DNA from: an uncultured marine group I thaumarchaeote
GTDB lineage: Archaea; Thermoproteota; Nitrososphaeria; Nitrososphaerales; Nitrosopumilaceae
Assembly (NCBI GenBank): GCA_902511735.1
Contig: CABXGK010000001.1
Coordinates: 1-57,894, forward strand
Direction of reading: 5' to 3'
DNA: 57,894 nt
Both the position numbers and the translations under genes were made by a program. The first letter of the stretch is position 1. Each line of letters opens with the position of its first letter. Shown here in pieces: positions 19,661 through 27,684 of the stretch. The notes under the pieces were generated by a model. It saw only the letters and a list, made by a program, of their open reading frames with translations, was not told the origin of the DNA and ran no database searches.

Positions 19661-20743
19661 TTATGTTGCCTCTTGTACAATTTTCTCTGCTTTCGTTAAT
19701 AGTTGATCTATTAATTGCAGTTTTGAATTAATTTTACGCTCAGAATCATCTAGATTGTTTCGTACATTATCAATTAGGGCAATTGCTTTTTCTACATAAT
19801 ATAATGCAGCGTTACTTCCTTTTGCATCAGAATGGAGTAATTTGGCTTTGGTTTCCAATTGTGATAATTCAGATGTTATTTTCTGTTTTTGAGAGAATTG
19901 AATCTCATCAACATCAATTTGTTGTAAGTTGTTTCTATTGATTTCCTGAATATCATTATTTATTGTGATAACTATTCTGATTTGCTTTGTAATTTGAGAT
20001 GTAGAGTTTGATGAAACTAGTTGAGTTTTTGAATTTTCTAATTGCTTAACATAATCTAGTAAACCTGAAGTTTTGGCCTGAACAATTAGTGCATTAATTC
20101 TGTCAACATATTTTTCAGCTAATGCTTGTGCACGAATTATTTTATTTTCTTGATTGATTGACTGGAGATTTTTGTATATTTCCAGTCCTTTCAAGGCGAT
20201 TTGACCAATTGTTTGTTTTGCTTGTTCATTTTTACCCTGTTCATTATTTTGTTTTGCAAGAGATATGAGATTCTTCATTTCTGAAAAGTCAATATCTGCT
20301 CCAATTTTATTAGAGATTTGTTGAAGTTTTTGGTAATTCATTTCATATCTTTTAATGATTTGAGAATGATCAGGTAATGATGCATCTTGTGCTTTAGTTT
20401 CAGCAATTTGGTTTAACATTTGGCTGATTTGTTTTATTTTACCCATCGAAGAAATGAATAATTCTCTTGCAGATTTTACATCTCCGTCTTTGATTGCATC
20501 TGATAGTTGATCAATTTCATCAGCGCTTTTATCATAAATCTCAAGTACAGCTTGTCTATTCTTCCAGTCTTGTGTGTTTGAACTTTCCATTTCATTGATA
20601 TTTTGTTTAATGTAGCGTTTTGCCTTTTCAGCAATTTTCAACATATAGTCTAAATCAGATGCAGCCTCAACTTGCATAACAGATGTTGGTAACAAAAGAC
20701 CAGCAAATGCAAAGATTGCAATTATACCATAAATTTTATTCAT
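19661..20743 (-). CDS. Exported all-helical/coiled-coil hypothetical protein
   Basis: Signal peptide (MNKIYGIIAIFAFAGLLLP...VEA) and a Q/N/K-rich helical body; ATG overlaps the upstream stop (ATGAATAA). Confidence 0.75.
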   Translation of the reverse strand: MNKIYGIIAIFAFAGLLLPTSVMQVEAASDLDYMLKIAEKAKRYIKQNINEMESSNTQDWKNRQAVLEIYDKSADEIDQLSDAIKDGDVKSARELFISSMGKIKQISQMLNQIAETKAQDASLPDHSQIIKRYEMNYQKLQQISNKIGADIDFSEMKNLISLAKQNNEQGKNEQAKQTIGQIALKGLEIYKNLQSINQENKIIRAQALAEKYVDRINALIVQAKTSGLLDYVKQLENSKTQLVSSNSTSQITKQIRIVITINNDIQEINRNNLQQIDVDEIQFSQKQKITSELSQLETKAKLLHSDAKGSNAALYYVEKAIALIDNVRNNLDDSERKINSKLQLIDQLLTKAEKIVQEAT

Positions 20744-21677
20744 TTTTGTCAATCTCCACGTTTGTTAATTTTATGAGATTTTGTTGGTCTTTTTTAGTGA
20801 TTTCAATTAGTTCACGTCTTTCTAATCTTTTTACTGCTCTCCACATTGTTGTTCTTGGTAAGAGGAACTTTTTTCTGAGATCGCTTTCTAATGCACTACC
20901 ACCGTTTTCATGAATGAATTTGATTATATCTTTATCATCTTCTCTAAGATCTGGCATTTCTAGAACTTTTTCAATACTGAAAGGTTCATTCTTTTCTGCA
21001 ATTACAGCAGTTTGAGAAGCAGAAACAATTTGTTTTGGTTTGTTTTTCATTTTTATTGCAATTGCTGCAATTGCTGCAATTGCTACAGCAGCCCCACCTG
21101 CTACATACATGATAGAATTATCATCGCCTTCAGTTACAGGAGTTTCTTCGGGTGGTAGAACCTGAGATGATTCTGCAACTGCCAAGAAATATGTAATTTC
21201 AGCAGGACCACTAGGAAGTAAAATTTTGGTTCTGTCAGAATCTACATTCATGTCAATAGGAAATGTTGACATTCCTACAATGACAGAGTTTTCTGGCATT
21301 ACCACATTAAACTCAACTGGAGCATCTATCTCAAATGACCAGATTTTTCCATCTTTTGAGATTAACGAGTATGTATCGTAATTAATCAGAATGTTTGAAG
21401 ACCCCAGGGTCTCAACTTGTAAAATGTTTTTTTCAGATTGCGTAGACAAAAGAAAACCGTTCTCGTCTTCTGCAACAAGATTTTCTAGAGAATCACCATA
21501 AAGTGAAACTTCAGTATCAGGAAGAAGTGGATCAGAGTCTAAAGAATAAGTAACATGAGTTGATCCATCAGGGAAAAGAAAGAAATCGAGGGTTCGAGTA
21601 GAGCCAAAAGAGTGCTGTAGTGGTACAGACATAGCCAGCAGAATTAGGACGAAAGCTGCTACGTGTACACGTGCCAT
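20736..21677 (-). CDS. Membrane-spanning protein: signal peptide, extracellular beta domain, TM helix, cytoplasmic winged-HTH
   Basis: C-terminal LREDDKDIIKFI...ESDLRKKFLLPRTTMWRAVKRLERRELI (wHTH); TM YVAGGAAVAIAAIAAIAI. Start placed at MARV (21677), with a TATA-like TTTTAAG ~25 nt upstream. Confidence 0.75.
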   Translation of the reverse strand: MARVHVAAFVLILLAMSVPLQHSFGSTRTLDFFLFPDGSTHVTYSLDSDPLLPDTEVSLYGDSLENLVAEDENGFLLSTQSEKNILQVETLGSSNILINYDTYSLISKDGKIWSFEIDAPVEFNVVMPENSVIVGMSTFPIDMNVDSDRTKILLPSGPAEITYFLAVAESSQVLPPEETPVTEGDDNSIMYVAGGAAVAIAAIAAIAIKMKNKPKQIVSASQTAVIAEKNEPFSIEKVLEMPDLREDDKDIIKFIHENGGSALESDLRKKFLLPRTTMWRAVKRLERRELIEITKKDQQNLIKLTNVEIDKNE

Positions 21678-21699
21678 CAAAATCAGGGCATTGGTTGGG

Positions 21700-21734
21700 C
21701 TTAAAAGCATTCCATCATTCTTGGAATCTTCCAA
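21700..21734 (-). promoter_or_regulatory. TATA-like box plus TTGGAA-TC-TTCCAA inverted repeat (putative operator)
   Basis: Perfect inverted repeat at 21721-21734 and a further TTCCA at 21710, directly upstream of TTTTAAG on the minus strand. Confidence 0.45.
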
Positions 21735-21766
21735 CCAACCACAGTACACTGACTCTTGGTTCATTT

Positions 21767-22054
21767 CTAATACCTCAGATTCATCGATTCTAGGAGATTT
21801 TGGAAGTTTTTGAATTCATCAAAGAATTTTAGACCTTTTTCAGTTATCATGAATTTGCGATTTCTATCGTCTCTTTTTGTTTCAACTAAGCCAGCATTGA
21901 TCAATTTTTCACATTTATCAAGAACTGCATAGTGAGATAGATTTGCTCTTCTGGAGATTGCAGACACAATGACGCCCTGCTGGCCTCCATTCATGGTAAC
22001 ATCTAAGATGTCTCCCATTATTCCCATTTCGGATCTGTATTGTTGTTTTGACAT
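21767..22054 (-). CDS. Small winged helix-turn-helix transcriptional regulator
   Basis: YRSEMGIMGDIL, ISRRANLSH, LINAGLV, FMITEKG. Confidence 0.85.
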   Translation of the reverse strand: MSKQQYRSEMGIMGDILDVTMNGGQQGVIVSAISRRANLSHYAVLDKCEKLINAGLVETKRDDRNRKFMITEKGLKFFDEFKNFQNLLESMNLRY

Positions 22055-22083
22055 GGTCTAGTTTAGAAACAAGAGCTTTATGA

Positions 22084-22143
22084 GGAACATTTTGAAATCT
22101 CACAGCGGAACGCATAGCGGAACAGCTTTGAAACGGCTGAAAA
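22084..22143. repeat. Tandem GGAAC/TGAAA boxes upstream of the wHTH gene
   Basis: AGCGGAAC x2, GGAACATTTTGAAA and GGAACAGCTTTGAAA. Confidence 0.45.
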
Positions 22144-22292
22144 TGGACTAAAAATGATGATTTTGGTGGCGGGGGCGGAAAAAAAGATATTCTAGAAAAT
22201 CAATTTGCGCAGAATTAGGCAGAATCCCTGTAGTTAGTTGTGCGAAAAAAAAGATTTTGCATGTTTTTATTTGAGGAAAACGAAGTTTATCT

Positions 22293-22769
22293 GTGACTGG
22301 ATTCTTAGGCTCCTCTGAAGAAGAGGGTGGCGAAATGGTAGAAGAGAGACAAGCTGAATCTATGCCTGAACCACCACAAGAAATGGAACAATCAGAGTCA
22401 GATATTGGAATTTCATCGTTGATGAATAAACGGGCAAAATTAGAAGAAGCTATTGATTATGTTGGAGGCTTGATTGCCAACCTAAAAGAGAAAAGAACTA
22501 ACCTCGAAAAAGAGATAGAAGAAGAATCTGTAGATATTAAAAATTTAAAAGAAAAATTGATGAAAGTTAGTGACTATATCGATGAAGAAACACAGGGAAT
22601 TCAGCATCTAACTCAGAAGAGAAACGCTGTAGAAAATGAGGCTGATGAGGTGGGTTCTCTAATCTCATCAATGAGAGAGAAATTATCTGGAATCGATAAA
22701 ATTGTAGAAGATGAAGGAAAGCGAATTACTACTTTCAAAGAGTCACGAGATAAATCTGCAGGTTTCTAA
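22293..22769 (+). CDS. Coiled-coil hypothetical protein
   Basis: Acidic N-terminus followed by a long heptad-rich region; GTG start. Confidence 0.75.
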   Translation: MTGFLGSSEEEGGEMVEERQAESMPEPPQEMEQSESDIGISSLMNKRAKLEEAIDYVGGLIANLKEKRTNLEKEIEEESVDIKNLKEKLMKVSDYIDEETQGIQHLTQKRNAVENEADEVGSLISSMREKLSGIDKIVEDEGKRITTFKESRDKSAGF

Positions 22770-22787
22770 AACTCAAAGTGAATAATC

Positions 22788-23042
22788 ATGGGAAATTCAC
22801 TAAACGAATTACAGGATCTGAAACAAGAGATTGAAAAAAAACTTGAACATGATAATCAAAATGAGGAATGTCAAAAAGAGCTAGATGAGATTAATGGAAA
22901 AATAGAGAAGAATCAAATTATTCGAAGATACTTTAATGGAAAAATAGAGAAATCAGAGATTTGTCCTAGCTGTCAAAAAGAGATGTATTCACACAGTAAA
23001 GATGAAGCGTTTCAATGTATGCGTGAATATGTCAAAAATTAG
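22788..23042 (+). CDS. Small hypothetical protein with C-terminal C2HC Zn-finger-like motif
   Basis: CPSC...H...C (CPSCQKEMYSHSKDEAFQC). Confidence 0.6.
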   Translation: MGNSLNELQDLKQEIEKKLEHDNQNEECQKELDEINGKIEKNQIIRRYFNGKIEKSEICPSCQKEMYSHSKDEAFQCMREYVKN

Positions 23043-23054
23043 ATTTTGAAAAAT

Positions 23055-23714
23055 CTACATGAATTTTGATTCAGAAGTTGGTACGTTGAATTGTTCCAAT
23101 CCAGTTGTTGGTACTGAAGGGAATTGTTCTCCTGATTGTGATTCTGCAACTGCTGCTGCTTCTGCTAGGATGCTGTCAGATTCGGCGTTTGTTGATTCTT
23201 CAACTCCGAAAGATGAGTCACCGCTGCTGAAGGTTTCAGTCATTAGTCCACCTAACATCTCAGTCATTCTACCAATCTCTTGGTCTGCACCTGGCATGAA
23301 TTTGACAAGTGATGATTTGAGTCCGTTCATGAGGCCTATTGTTGGCATCAATGTGGTTACTGTATCTCCTAGGTCATGGAAGGTTGTTAATCTTAATTCG
23401 ATTCTCTCCAAGCCCATTTTGGCGTTGGACATGATTTTGTTAACTTTACGAACTTCAACTAGTTCATTTGATAATACTTTACTTGAATAGGTGTCGTGTG
23501 CTTGTTGAGCAGCTACGATTTTTTGGAAAATTTTCTGGTCTCTTTCTTGGAGTTTTTGGCACATGCCATCAAGTTTTCCGATTTGAGCCTGTAATCGTTT
23601 TACAGCCATCTCGACTCTTGGTTTTAGTGATCCTTTTGGTTTGAAAGTATCGCCTAGTTTGTCCATGAAACTCTGCTTTTGTGGAGCAGCCCATTTGTCT
23701 TGGAAACTTGCCAT
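23055..23714 (-). CDS. cdvB: CdvB / ESCRT-III (Snf7-like) paralogue
   Basis: LKPRVEMAVKRLQAQ, VLSNELVEVRK, ELRLTTFHDLGD, ILAEAAAVAE...FPSVP. Start placed at MASFQDKW. Confidence 0.87.
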   Translation of the reverse strand: MASFQDKWAAPQKQSFMDKLGDTFKPKGSLKPRVEMAVKRLQAQIGKLDGMCQKLQERDQKIFQKIVAAQQAHDTYSSKVLSNELVEVRKVNKIMSNAKMGLERIELRLTTFHDLGDTVTTLMPTIGLMNGLKSSLVKFMPGADQEIGRMTEMLGGLMTETFSSGDSSFGVEESTNAESDSILAEAAAVAESQSGEQFPSVPTTGLEQFNVPTSESKFM

Positions 23715-23748
23715 GCGTACTGTTTTGAAATATGTTATTAATTTCCGG

Positions 23749-23766
23749 TGTGAATAATGGTTCACA
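23749..23766. promoter_or_regulatory. TGTGAA-N6-TTCACA palindrome upstream of cdvB
   Basis: Inverted repeat just upstream of the TATA-like box of cdvB (23738-23742). Confidence 0.45.
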
Positions 23767-23833
23767 AATCATAGAAATTGTGTGACTAGAATTCAACAAA
23801 ATAACTATAATCTGGGAAATTCATGCCTAGATT

Positions 23834-24355
23834 ATGAATAAAATGGTGATTGCAGGTGGAATAGTTGCTGCTGCCATTGTGGTTTCAATGGCATATGGTG
23901 CGGGAATGAATCCAGGCGGAAATGAGCAACGCTCTGGTGGAGAGATTTGGAGTTTTCGAATATCAGGTGAGGAGTTTAATGATATCCAAACCATCACATC
24001 TGGTTTAGGAGTGATAGAAGGAGGAACTTACAAAATTGGATTTGTGCCGATGGGCGATTCTCCTGCTAAAATTAAACTTACGATAAAGGGAAAGTGGACT
24101 GAGAGTTATAGGTTGGAACCTAGTTGGAGGCAAATATTCTCTGAAGAGTTTGTTTTGGAAAAAAGTTTGGTAGATACTGGAATTTCAAAATACTACACAT
24201 GGGAATACATCGGTCAGAAATATGTTCAAATTCCAGAATTAGAAGGAGAGATTCCAAGCTCAGATGAAGCAATATATGAAATTACAATCAACAGGTCTGG
24301 TAATCTAGAAGGTTCTGTCAGCATCTCATTAACTAAGGTAGACAGAAGCATCTAA
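23834..24355 (+). CDS. Hypothetical protein with N-terminal signal/anchor
   Basis: Hydrophobic N-terminal helix and a beta-rich body. Confidence 0.7.
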   Translation: MNKMVIAGGIVAAAIVVSMAYGAGMNPGGNEQRSGGEIWSFRISGEEFNDIQTITSGLGVIEGGTYKIGFVPMGDSPAKIKLTIKGKWTESYRLEPSWRQIFSEEFVLEKSLVDTGISKYYTWEYIGQKYVQIPELEGEIPSSDEAIYEITINRSGNLEGSVSISLTKVDRSI

Positions 24356-24361
24356 CCTGAT

Positions 24362-24500
24362 TAAATGGGGGCGTGACCCTTTGGCAAAGCAATGTGAGAT
24401 TCCCTCACTTGTCAGCAACAAAGTGCTTCGACTCTATTTCTGCTATGCAGGGCCACGCATTTTTAATTGATAGGATTTACATCCTTTCGCATTAAAATCA
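24362..24500 (-). ncRNA. Candidate structured non-coding RNA
   Basis: On the minus strand: AGGAU-GUAA-AUCCU tetraloop hairpin, then a multibranch domain closed by GCGUGGCCCU/AGGGUCACGC. TATA-like sequence at ~24515-24529. Confidence 0.45.
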
Positions 24501-24601
24501 GTATGTCTTTATCGTATTTAAGATATATACAAAATTCTTACAAAAAAACTAGGTTTTTTTTGTAAATTATAATTAGTTTGATCAGATGTTAATTATAGTA
24601 G

Positions 24602-25054
24602 GTGAATCAAGAGGGAAATATGACGATAGAAGATGGGGAGAAGAAAGGTGGACTATCGTTATTTGCAAAACATGCAGTTCAGTTCTATATCGTAGGCGCT
24701 AGCGGAGTTTTAGTAAATCTAGGACTTTTGTATCTTCTAACAGATATTGGTGGGTTTTGGTATGTTGCATCTCAAGTTATTGCCATTATCGCTTCAATTA
24801 CCACGAACTTCTTTTTCAATAGATACTGGACATTTGGCAGTCATGTAGAGGACAAGAAGAATTCTGTGATGTATATCAAATTCTTCATAATTAGCGCAAT
24901 TGGAATGGCTATCCAACTAGGAATCACAATCACCCTGGTCGAAAGTAGCGCATTTTATCACATGTATGGAGCAGGAGTAGGAATTGCTGTAGCCAGTGGC
25001 ATAAATTACGTCCTAAACAGAAGGGTTACGTTTGGAATCAAGTTCAAGAATTAA
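24602..25054 (+). CDS. GtrA family membrane protein
   Basis: QFYIVGASGVLVNLG, NFFFNRYWTF, NYVLNRRVTF. Confidence 0.88.
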   Translation: MNQEGNMTIEDGEKKGGLSLFAKHAVQFYIVGASGVLVNLGLLYLLTDIGGFWYVASQVIAIIASITTNFFFNRYWTFGSHVEDKKNSVMYIKFFIISAIGMAIQLGITITLVESSAFYHMYGAGVGIAVASGINYVLNRRVTFGIKFKN

Positions 25055-25081
25055 ATTTGATGAAAGAAGAGTGAATTTAGA

Positions 25082-25315
25082 ATGAATGCTAGAAAAAAAC
25101 AAAGAATTGAAATTGTTGGAATCTTAGTAGGGATTTGGTTTGTCCTATCATTACCATTACCTTGGTTGATTACAATACCTGATGTGGCTCAACAACAACT
25201 ATTGATTATTTTGCAAATGACAGGATTGATCTCAATTCCATTTGTTGGTTTAGCCATAGCATGGACTCTAAAACCTGAATTGGCAAATAGGGACATAAAA
25301 TATGATAACGAGTAA
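25082..25315 (+). CDS. Small two-TM membrane protein
   Basis: Two hydrophobic helices; same strand and closely spaced between gtrA and cysQ. Confidence 0.6.
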   Translation: MNARKKQRIEIVGILVGIWFVLSLPLPWLITIPDVAQQQLLIILQMTGLISIPFVGLAIAWTLKPELANRDIKYDNE

Positions 25316-26123
25316 ACTACCATTTGATTCTAAAGTTCCAGAATTAGAAAAAATCATCAACGGGATGGTAAAGGCTGGAGATAAAATTTTGGAGATTTAT
25401 GAAACAGATTTTTCAACTGAGAAAAAAGAAGATGATTCTCCTATAACTCAGGCAGATATAGAAAGTAATAAAATTCTAAAAGAGGTTTTAGGAGAAACTG
25501 GGATTACCATATTATCTGAAGAAGATGCAGATGACAAGAAAAGATTATCTGAAGAAAAGGTTTGGATTGTTGATCCACTAGATGGAACAACTGATTTTGT
25601 AAACAGAACCGGAGAGTTTACAATAATGGTAGGATTAGTTGAAAATCAAAAATCCGTTTTGGGTTTGATTTACTGGCCAACCAAAAAGAAGATGTATTTG
25701 GCAGAATCCGGAAAAGGAGCATTTTGCTATAATGAAGAATGGGAGAAAATTGAGGTAACTATGATGTCAGAAATACAAAATTGTCAGGCTTTAGTGAGTA
25801 GACATCATCTTTCAGAGAAGGAGAAAAAATTGTTAGACGAAATGGAGATTTCAATTGTTACAAGTATTGGAAGTTCTCTCAAAGTAACAGAGATTGCATC
25901 TGGAGAAGCAGAGATTTACATCACAACTACAGATAAAATGAAACAGTGGGATACCTGTGCCTCTAATTGTATAATTTCAGAGGCGGGAGGTAAAATGACA
26001 GATATCTCAGGCAATGATATGGTATACAATACAGAATCAGTAAATCATGAAAATGGCATTTTAGTTACAAATGGAATAATTCATCAAGATGCCTTACATG
26101 TGATATCTAAATTAGATTCTTAG
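25302..26123 (+). CDS. cysQ: 3'(2'),5'-bisphosphate nucleotidase CysQ (inositol monophosphatase family)
   Basis: DSPITQAD, ILSEE, WIVDPLDGT, GSSLK, QWDTCA. Confidence 0.9.
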   Translation: MITSKLPFDSKVPELEKIINGMVKAGDKILEIYETDFSTEKKEDDSPITQADIESNKILKEVLGETGITILSEEDADDKKRLSEEKVWIVDPLDGTTDFVNRTGEFTIMVGLVENQKSVLGLIYWPTKKKMYLAESGKGAFCYNEEWEKIEVTMMSEIQNCQALVSRHHLSEKEKKLLDEMEISIVTSIGSSLKVTEIASGEAEIYITTTDKMKQWDTCASNCIISEAGGKMTDISGNDMVYNTESVNHENGILVTNGIIHQDALHVISKLDS

Positions 26124-26619
26124 ATTTCAAAAATTCTAGTACTTCAGCAGCACTCTCATCAAGAGATTTGTTTTCAGTATCTAATACTAAATCAGCACTG
26201 TCTGGTGCCTCATATGGGTCGTCAATTCCGGTAAATCCCTTAATCTCTCCAGAACGTGCTTTTGCATACATTCCTTTGACGTCTCGCTCTTCACATTGTG
26301 CTAGTGATGCATTGACATAAACTTCAAAGAATTTTGTATCATCGCCAATTATCTCTCTTGCATTTGCACGATTTTCCTTGTATGGACTGATTAGTGAAAC
26401 GCCCATTGGAACATCATGTTTTAGAAGCAATTTTGACAAATGAGCAACTCTTCTGTTGTGCTCATCTCTTGCCTCTTTTGAGAAATCCTTTGGTGAGAAC
26501 CATTCTCTTAGTTCATCCCCGTCTAAAATGGCTAGATTTGGTATGGTTTCAGCAAGTTTTCTTACTATTGTAGTCTTACCTGAACAAGGTAATCCAGTCA
26601 TCCATAAACAAAAGGCCAT
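26107..26619 (-). CDS. cysC: Adenylyl-sulfate kinase
   Basis: WMTGLPCSGKTT, LDGDELR, ISPY, RDVKGMY, FTGIDDPYEAP. Confidence 0.95.
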   Translation of the reverse strand: MAFCLWMTGLPCSGKTTIVRKLAETIPNLAILDGDELREWFSPKDFSKEARDEHNRRVAHLSKLLLKHDVPMGVSLISPYKENRANAREIIGDDTKFFEVYVNASLAQCEERDVKGMYAKARSGEIKGFTGIDDPYEAPDSADLVLDTENKSLDESAAEVLEFLKSKNLI

Positions 26620-26651
26620 GTAATTGGCAGCAAAATTACCGCTTAAGAATG

Positions 26652-27191
26652 TTATTTTGCCCAGTCTTGAGATTCTAAATAATCAATATCTTTTAGAAGT
26701 GAAGCCACCTTTTCTGCAATTGCCGATATTGATTGAAATTGTTCAAACATTTCTTGTTCTTCTTCTCTTGAGAGAATTTCCTTTTCAGCTTTTTCAAAAA
26801 ATGCTTCTTCTCTTTTCATGTGTTCTATTAGAAAAGTAGAATATACACTGAGAAATCTGGCGACCGGTTCACGTTTATCCTGACCTTCTTTCCATAATTT
26901 CAGATTTTTTGAAATTGAATTTGCTATATTTCTACTAAATTCATGTTCAATGAGTAATTCACGAATTTCCTTATTCAGATGATCATATGATGCAACACAT
27001 GGAAAGTATGATCCTTCTTCTCTCGTAAAATGTACAGAATCTAAAAATTCTGCAATTAGAAAATTAATCTTATCAATATCAGAAAATGGTATGTCTACTC
27101 CATCATACAAAGCCTTGTAGGATTTTGTAATTACTTTTTCAAGCCGTAAGATATCCTGGTGTTCATTTCGCAGAAACTCACTGGCGCTCAT
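26652..27191 (-). CDS. Hemerythrin (HHE) domain protein
   Basis: LRNEH, HFTREE, LLIEH, HMKREE motifs. Confidence 0.88.
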   Translation of the reverse strand: MSASEFLRNEHQDILRLEKVITKSYKALYDGVDIPFSDIDKINFLIAEFLDSVHFTREEGSYFPCVASYDHLNKEIRELLIEHEFSRNIANSISKNLKLWKEGQDKREPVARFLSVYSTFLIEHMKREEAFFEKAEKEILSREEEQEMFEQFQSISAIAEKVASLLKDIDYLESQDWAK

Positions 27192-27195
27192 AATT

Positions 27196-27294
27196 CTAAT
27201 TTTTTTTCTTGGAGAAAATAGATTTTAGCTTTTCTTTGTAGCTGTCTAGTTCCATTTTGAGGTTTTGAACCATTTCATCAGATTTATCGCCCAT
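27196..27294 (-). CDS. Putative 32-aa microprotein
   Basis: Manual translation MGDKSDEMVQNLKMELDSYKEKLKSIFSKKKN*; ends 4 nt before the hemerythrin ATG on the same strand. Confidence 0.45.
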   Translation of the reverse strand: MGDKSDEMVQNLKMELDSYKEKLKSIFSKKKN

Positions 27295-27328
27295 GAAAAT
27301 TATAGAAATTTCAGATTTTTAAAGAGAT

Positions 27329-27658
27329 CTATACGCCTAAGGCTTCTGATTTTGAGATGTCTAGATTTACCTTGTCACCTACAGACAAACCAAGCTGTTT
27401 GTATTCGTGCATATCTAGTTTTATCGATGTTGTTCCCGGTGCTGCACCTCCCATCATACCCATTCCTCCTCCTGAGATCATTTTATTGAGATTTTTCATC
27501 ATGTCATCCATGTTGGAAAATCCCATTACATTTGGTGCTGATGGGTTTGGAGGTGGATTTCCTTCTGCCATATCTTTGGCTAATGAAAGAGTAACTAGAA
27601 CATATGGAGCACCATCTGGTGCTGCATCAATTCTCATAACTACAAACTCTTTTCTCAT
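27329..27658 (-). CDS. Hypothetical protein (beta-rich ends around a Pro/Gly/Met-rich loop)
   Basis: EFVVMRID...YVLVTLS and IKLDMHEYKQLGLSVGDKVNLDI flank a low-complexity region. Confidence 0.7.
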   Translation of the reverse strand: MRKEFVVMRIDAAPDGAPYVLVTLSLAKDMAEGNPPPNPSAPNVMGFSNMDDMMKNLNKMISGGGMGMMGGAAPGTTSIKLDMHEYKQLGLSVGDKVNLDISKSEALGV

Positions 27659-27684
27659 ATCATATTACCTGTAAAATCCATATT

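Noticed and set aside
24464-24493. 9-aa minus-strand ORF MRKDVNPIN
   Set aside because: Too short to support, and better explained as part of the RNA hairpin.
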